Below the pieces are notes generated by a model. That model was not told the origin of the DNA. It searched no databases and saw nothing but the letters and a program-made list of their open reading frames with translations. Of a stretch of 64,000 nucleotides of DNA, positions 59,115-64,000 are shown piece after piece. A program made the translations under genes and the position numbers. Location of the stretch: assembly GCA_965217295.1 (NCBI GenBank), contig CBDCHR010000007.1:8258-72257 (forward strand), written 5' to 3'. How positions within the stretch are numbered: the stretch's first letter is position 1; every line of letters starts with the position of its first letter. The DNA comes from Cyclobacteriaceae bacterium. GTDB lineage: Bacteria > Bacteroidota > Bacteroidia > Cytophagales > Cyclobacteriaceae.

Positions 59115-61001
59115 ATGTTCGTGCAACGTTACCGGCGGCTCTTTTGGCTGGCGGGCGCGGCGCTGTTCGGGCTCGGGCTGTGGCTTATGGCCGGGGGGAA
59201 AACGAGCTTCGGAGACGTCCACGTTCGACTGTTGGAGCGCGTCCACGCGCGCGGTTGGCAGGGGGACGACCTCAACCTGTATGCGAAGTGCCTGGTGGTC
59301 GAGCGGGCGTGCTCGCGCTGGTACTGGGACCAAAAAGGCGCACCCGGCCTCAACCACCTGTTTTTGGTTATGGGCGGGCTCGTCGTTGGGGTGCTGCCTT
59401 TCGGCTTTCGCGGCAAGCAAAAACCCTACTCGGGCATGTTTGCCGGGTTGAAAGAACTTTTGGATATTTGCCACAAAAGTTGGGCTAGCAAGCGCTTGCA
59501 CTACGCGCTGCTGGTCGGCTTTCACCTGCCTTTGCCCGACTTAGAACCCGCACGGGGCGAGGTCATTCGCGGCCACCAGTTGCGGGGCGCGAGTAAGCAT
59601 ATCCTGGCCGTGTCCCAGGGCTACGGGGGCCGCCAGGAAATAGGTCACCTGGCCGCGTTCGGTGCGACGCGCTCGGGCAAGTCGGTTCACTTGATGTCGC
59701 AGGCGGTTATCTGGCGCGGCTCGTTTATCTGTTTGGACATCAAAGGCGAGCTGTACTCGGAAACCGCCGGACTCCGGGCCGAAACAGGCACGGTCTACTG
59801 CATCTCGGCCGAAGGCGGGGGGCACCGCTTCGACGCACTTAGTCAACTGCTCAAGACCAAAGATGGCGACCACACGGCGGGACTCATCATCACCGAGCCG
59901 CACAAGCAGGACAACCCGGTATTCGCCGAGCGCGCGGCGCTGGGCTTGGCGGCGGTGTTCCGGGCCGCGCAACTGCAAGGTTTGCCGCCGCTCGCGTACG
60001 CCCGCGAGATTATCGTCGACGGCGGCCTCAGCACCTTTTTCACCCGCATCGCAGAGTTCGACGACCCGGAGGTGCGGCGGCGTGCCAACGGTTTTGTCGG
60101 CATGGGTGGCGACGCCGCGGCCAAGCTCGAGGACAAACTCAGCGCCGCCTTTCAAAACAAGTTTTTGACGAGTGCCTGGGACGTTATGAGCTTAAAACTC
60201 AACGCCTTTTTATCCGAGTCCATCGCCTGGATTTTCAGCGGCAACGACTTCCAACCCGCCGACCTCATGCGGCAACCCACCAGCGTGTACCTGCAGTTTC
60301 CCGAAGCCACGCTGGAAGCGACCACGCCCGTTTACAACATGCTCATTACCGGACTCATGGTCGGCATGACCCGCTACGTCGACGAGTCGCGCAAACTCTA
60401 CGGCAACCGCTGGAACCCGCCGGTGCCGGTGTTGGCCGGTCTCGACGAGGTCAAGCGCGCCCCTATCAGCAACTTGGACGGCCTGCTGTCCACCGCCGCG
60501 GGCCGCGGCATCACGGTGATGCTTTATTTGCAAAGCCCGTCACAGTTCGACGACCTCTACGGCAAGGCGGCGACCGAGTCTATTCTGAACAACTGCGGGG
60601 TGCAACTCTACTACAAAACCGAGTCGGTCGCCACCGCCGAATACATCCAAAAACGCTGCCACAACATCTCAGTCGAAAGTAGCTCGACCAGCCGCACCAT
60701 CAACCGCTGGTTGATGCCGGTGTCGCGTTCAGAAGGCACCACGCCGCGGGAGGTTTTCACCGTTGAGGAGGCGTTGGCGCTGGGCGGCGAGAATCGCCAA
60801 GTCATCTTGGCCTTCGTCTCGGGCAAGCGGCCCTTTCTCGCCAAACGCATGAACTATTACGAGCACGGCCTGGGCAAGCTCATGGGGCTCTACCCGGCCC
60901 CGCCCATCCCCAAAATGGCCCTGCCTGATGCAGCGGGTGCGACCACGCCTGACGCGCCGCCCCGGTCCGCCAAGCCCCCACCCCCGCCCATGCAGGCTTA
61001 A
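59115..61001 (+). CDS. Type IV coupling protein (VirD4/TraG family)
   Basis: N-terminal TM helices, FGATRSGKS, LDIKGE, GLDE, LQSPSQ. Confidence 0.9.
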   Translation: MFVQRYRRLFWLAGAALFGLGLWLMAGGKTSFGDVHVRLLERVHARGWQGDDLNLYAKCLVVERACSRWYWDQKGAPGLNHLFLVMGGLVVGVLPFGFRGKQKPYSGMFAGLKELLDICHKSWASKRLHYALLVGFHLPLPDLEPARGEVIRGHQLRGASKHILAVSQGYGGRQEIGHLAAFGATRSGKSVHLMSQAVIWRGSFICLDIKGELYSETAGLRAETGTVYCISAEGGGHRFDALSQLLKTKDGDHTAGLIITEPHKQDNPVFAERAALGLAAVFRAAQLQGLPPLAYAREIIVDGGLSTFFTRIAEFDDPEVRRRANGFVGMGGDAAAKLEDKLSAAFQNKFLTSAWDVMSLKLNAFLSESIAWIFSGNDFQPADLMRQPTSVYLQFPEATLEATTPVYNMLITGLMVGMTRYVDESRKLYGNRWNPPVPVLAGLDEVKRAPISNLDGLLSTAAGRGITVMLYLQSPSQFDDLYGKAATESILNNCGVQLYYKTESVATAEYIQKRCHNISVESSSTSRTINRWLMPVSRSEGTTPREVFTVEEALALGGENRQVILAFVSGKRPFLAKRMNYYEHGLGKLMGLYPAPPIPKMALPDAAGATTPDAPPRSAKPPPPPMQA

Positions 61002-61011
61002 GGAGAACCCT

Positions 61012-61926
61012 ATGCGCCCAGTCCGTCCGCTCATCCTCTTGCTGCTGACAAGCGGCTTCGCCCTGGCCCAATCCAACGTCACCCGCTACTACGGCGACGA
61101 GTGCGCGGTCATCAGCAAAGACGTGTATGTCTCGCCCAACGGCTTGACCTTTCTCGAGTTTTACGACAGCATCGACGCGGGCGGGGTCATCAGCCCCGGC
61201 CTGATGATCCAAGGTACGTCGCAGTCCGACGCCGCCAACCAGGGCTTGCAAGAAGCACCTATGACACCCTTCGTGGCGGCCAAGGCCGAGGGCAGCAACC
61301 GCCTCGACCTCTCCACCGAACTCTCCGCCGCCGAGACGCCATTGACCGTTTGGGTCAAAGGCCAACCGTGTTTGCTGCGGCTCACCGTCAAGCCCGACCT
61401 GGTCGGCCCGCAGCGCTACATCATCGAGCGCAGTCGGCCACTGCCCGCCCTAAGTGCGCCGCCGAGCACCCCGTTACCCCAAACAAGTGCGCCGCCACCT
61501 GTGAGTGCAACTACGCCCGCAGTGGGTGTGACCACGCCCCCCGTGGGTGCCTCGAGCGTGCCCTCACCTGACGCCTCCGTCTCGGACACCGAGCTAGCTC
61601 AGCAACTCGACTTCAAACTCGTTTCGGTCACGGCCGTCTCCAGCGGCGCGGCCAACGCCTTTTTCACCTTTACCAACCACAGCGAGCGCATCATCGTGCT
61701 CGACGGCACCCGGGCGACGTTCGTGCAAAACGGCGTGCGCTTGCCGACCAAAGTCCGCAAGGAGCCGCTGCGCGGCCTGGTGCAGCCCGGCGAGACCCAA
61801 GTCGGCTACATCGTGTTGGACGACGCCGCGCCGGGCAGCGGCGAACTCACCTGGACGCTGCAAGAAATGGGCGGCGAGACGAGAAAGGTCGTGGTCCGTG
61901 AGACGGTTTCTGTGCCTGTTGATTAG
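61012..61926 (+). CDS. Exported protein, possible TraK/VirB9-like outer-core component
   Basis: Signal peptide; beta-rich N- and C-domains joined by a Pro/Thr linker; tra context. Confidence 0.45.
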   Translation: MRPVRPLILLLLTSGFALAQSNVTRYYGDECAVISKDVYVSPNGLTFLEFYDSIDAGGVISPGLMIQGTSQSDAANQGLQEAPMTPFVAAKAEGSNRLDLSTELSAAETPLTVWVKGQPCLLRLTVKPDLVGPQRYIIERSRPLPALSAPPSTPLPQTSAPPPVSATTPAVGVTTPPVGASSVPSPDASVSDTELAQQLDFKLVSVTAVSSGAANAFFTFTNHSERIIVLDGTRATFVQNGVRLPTKVRKEPLRGLVQPGETQVGYIVLDDAAPGSGELTWTLQEMGGETRKVVVRETVSVPVD

Positions 61927-63391
61927 CCTCGCGGCGTGCGCGTTTGCGCAGGTGCCGTCCCTGCCCACGCCCCCCGACCTGCCCATTCCCGACCTGCCCG
62001 TTCCTGATTTGCCTGACTTGCCCGAGCTGCCCGACTTTCCCGAGTGGCCCAACATTCCCGGGCTGCCCAGCCGCCCCGACCCCGACACGACCGCGGGTTA
62101 CCTGTCCTTTGTCGAGGACACGGGCGCGCCCGGCGAGGGCGTTTACCGCTCGACGCCTTTTGTCGAGGTGGTCTACAAGCAGGGCTTCGAGCACTGCGCG
62201 CAGGTCGGTTTTGATGACGAAAGCTGTCAGCCCTTCGAGTGGTCGCAGCCCTTTTTGCCCACGCAAGCCGCGACCGAGGCTGAAAAGAAGGTGGCGGACG
62301 CCTGGTTTCGCTTCGAGACGCGCGCGTACCAGCGCAGCCTGCTGGACGTCGGCGCGTCCTGGTGGCCCGTCGCTTGCACCCTGGGCGGACTCGACCTGTT
62401 CTGGCTGGTGTACGCGGGTTCGCTGTTCGTGCCGCCGTCGGAATTTTGCGACGACGTGTCCATGCAGGTGTTTCCCGCCTGTTTTTGGGAGTGCGACGTC
62501 AACTTGTTCGCCTCGCACTGCCCCGACCCGCAAGGGAGTTGCGTCCCCTGCATCCGCCGCCAGCTCGCCACCGCCTGGGAGCACGCACTGAGCGTTTACT
62601 ACCCCGAGTACACCGAACAGGTGCTGACCGAGGTGGTCACGCCGCTGCTGGGGCTGGGCGCGCTTGTCTGGTCGAGTTCGCCTTTGTTGGTCGACGGCGC
62701 GCTGGTCGCGCCCATCGCCGACCCTGTAAACGCGCCCTTGCTCTTGGAAGACGTCGCCACGCGCCTCATTCCCGAAGGCGTCAAGCTCGACCCACGCGCG
62801 GCCAGCTACTACACCCAAACCGCCGCGCTAGACTTAGGTTGCCGGGCGGCACTGGGCATCGGCACGAACCTCGGGCTGTTGCGGCTACCCACCGAGACGC
62901 CCTACCCCGACCCCTTGCCGGGCTTGTACAAGCTCGAGGAACTCAAACGCCTGTTGAGTTCGCGCGAGTCGGCGGGCGACACCTGGAAACGCACCCTCAC
63001 CATGCTGGTGACCTGGGACCGCAACCAGCTCTATCCGCGCTACGCCGCCCCCAGCAGTCCGCTCGAGAACATCTGGCTTGGGCAGCCGAGCCACTTCGGC
63101 ACGGGCCTGCCGAGTCAAGCCGCCTGTCTGGGCTACGCGCCCTTTTTCGAGGTGTACCAAAAGCCCGACGTCGTGCCCATCGCCCACCGACCCATCATGC
63201 GCCACGCGACCTGCTGGGTGTCTTACTTCCCGCCCGTGCCGGGCCTCACCTTTACGCCGCTACCGCCGCACGTGATGGTCTACGCGGGGCCGCGCTTTCA
63301 CACCGACTGGGCGAGCGTCCCCGAGGGCTTTGCCATCCCGCGCACCAAAGCGCCGCTTCAAGCCCGCCCCGAACCCAAGGAGGAACCCTGA
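61898..63391 (+). CDS. Cys-rich exported transfer protein (possibly TraU-like)
   Basis: Signal peptide, PDLP repeats, about a dozen Cys; tra context. Confidence 0.4.
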   Translation: MRRFLCLLISLAACAFAQVPSLPTPPDLPIPDLPVPDLPDLPELPDFPEWPNIPGLPSRPDPDTTAGYLSFVEDTGAPGEGVYRSTPFVEVVYKQGFEHCAQVGFDDESCQPFEWSQPFLPTQAATEAEKKVADAWFRFETRAYQRSLLDVGASWWPVACTLGGLDLFWLVYAGSLFVPPSEFCDDVSMQVFPACFWECDVNLFASHCPDPQGSCVPCIRRQLATAWEHALSVYYPEYTEQVLTEVVTPLLGLGALVWSSSPLLVDGALVAPIADPVNAPLLLEDVATRLIPEGVKLDPRAASYYTQTAALDLGCRAALGIGTNLGLLRLPTETPYPDPLPGLYKLEELKRLLSSRESAGDTWKRTLTMLVTWDRNQLYPRYAAPSSPLENIWLGQPSHFGTGLPSQAACLGYAPFFEVYQKPDVVPIAHRPIMRHATCWVSYFPPVPGLTFTPLPPHVMVYAGPRFHTDWASVPEGFAIPRTKAPLQARPEPKEEP

Positions 63392-63855
63392 TGCGCAAAG
63401 TTTGGTTGAGTCTTTGTCTATGTCTGGGTGTCGGTGTAGCGCAGACCCCCTTTGACGCGCCCCTTCAACAAGCTGTAACTGACGTAGGCGCGGTTGAAGC
63501 GGCCGTCGACGCCGCCCAGGAGCACGTGTTCGCGCTGACGCCCGCGCCCGCGCCCGCCTTGGCCGCCGCGCTCGAGCAGGCACGCGCCCGGGGCGTGCGC
63601 GTGTACCTGATTGTCCAAAAACAAGACGCGTATGGACCCGAGGTCACCCAACTCACCCGGCAGGGGGTCGAGATTCGCACCCTGCCCAGTTTGACCGAAG
63701 GGGTCTTGGTCACCGACTACCGTTACTTGTTCGAAGGCGGCTTCGTTTCGGGTGCGGACAAAGCCACCCAGTACCTCGACATCGACACCTTCGGCGGCAG
63801 CTTTATCGCCCAACTCAGGGCGCTCTGGCAAGTCGCCGAGCCGTGGGGAGGCTGA
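63391..63855 (+). CDS. Exported degenerate PLD-like protein
   Basis: Signal peptide; LEQARARGVRVYLIV; HKD replaced by EGVLVTD. Confidence 0.55.
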   Translation: MRKVWLSLCLCLGVGVAQTPFDAPLQQAVTDVGAVEAAVDAAQEHVFALTPAPAPALAAALEQARARGVRVYLIVQKQDAYGPEVTQLTRQGVEIRTLPSLTEGVLVTDYRYLFEGGFVSGADKATQYLDIDTFGGSFIAQLRALWQVAEPWGG

Positions 63856-63857
63856 CA

Positions 63858-64000
63858 GTGAAGCGCTTGTTGGTGTTACTCGTCCTGGTCCTTCTGAGCG
63901 TTAGCCAGGCACAGTTTCAAGACGTTCCGCCCGGTCACTGGGCCGAGAACGCGGTCGAGGACCTGGTCGACCTGGGCATCATCACGGGCTTTCCCGACGG
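63858..64000 (+). CDS. S-layer homology (SLH) domain protein, 5' part
   Basis: MKRLLV...AQFQDVPPGHWAENAVEDLVDLGIITGFPDG. Confidence 0.85.
   Translation, partial: MKRLLVLLVLVLLSVSQAQFQDVPPGHWAENAVEDLVDLGIITGFPD

Overview
This window looks like part of a conjugative plasmid or ICE. The host is probably Deinococcota (Truepera-like), inferred from very frequent CTCGAG, an SLH-domain transfer protein and apparently leaderless genes. It has four blocks. (1) 1-25.5 kb: a partial HerA-like ATPase, then a mosaic carbohydrate-catabolism cargo scarred by IS982, IS5 and IS3 remnants. The cargo has two GH38 mannosidases, a GH172/DUF2961 hydrolase, a ROK regulator, aldolase, oxidoreductases, a PfkB kinase, a D-lyxose isomerase, a sugar ABC transporter and two AraC/PhyH-dioxygenase modules. 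(2) 25.8-41 kb: a candidate defence island. It has a tandem Trypco-like protein, a ComEC-like nuclease, an Eco29kI-type R-M system with a Mig-type T:G glycosylase, a 1652-aa STAND NTPase with a C-terminal PLD-like domain, a PIN protein coupled to a tyrosine recombinase, and a cold-shock-domain P-loop ATPase. (3) 41.3-57.2 kb: a ParA/ParG-like partition locus with an 8-bp-phased CATG centromere, followed by a co-oriented leading region (ParB-like, ArdC-like, nucleases, primase, two TA pairs, many unknowns) containing a ~210-nt Frpo-like hairpin. (4) 57.7-64 kb: a MOB-P-type oriT (TATCCTG^C on the minus strand), an RHH accessory protein, a minimal relaxase, a VirD4 coupling protein and divergent transfer genes. 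I saw no CRISPR array, rRNA or tRNA. All calls are by eye, without database searches.
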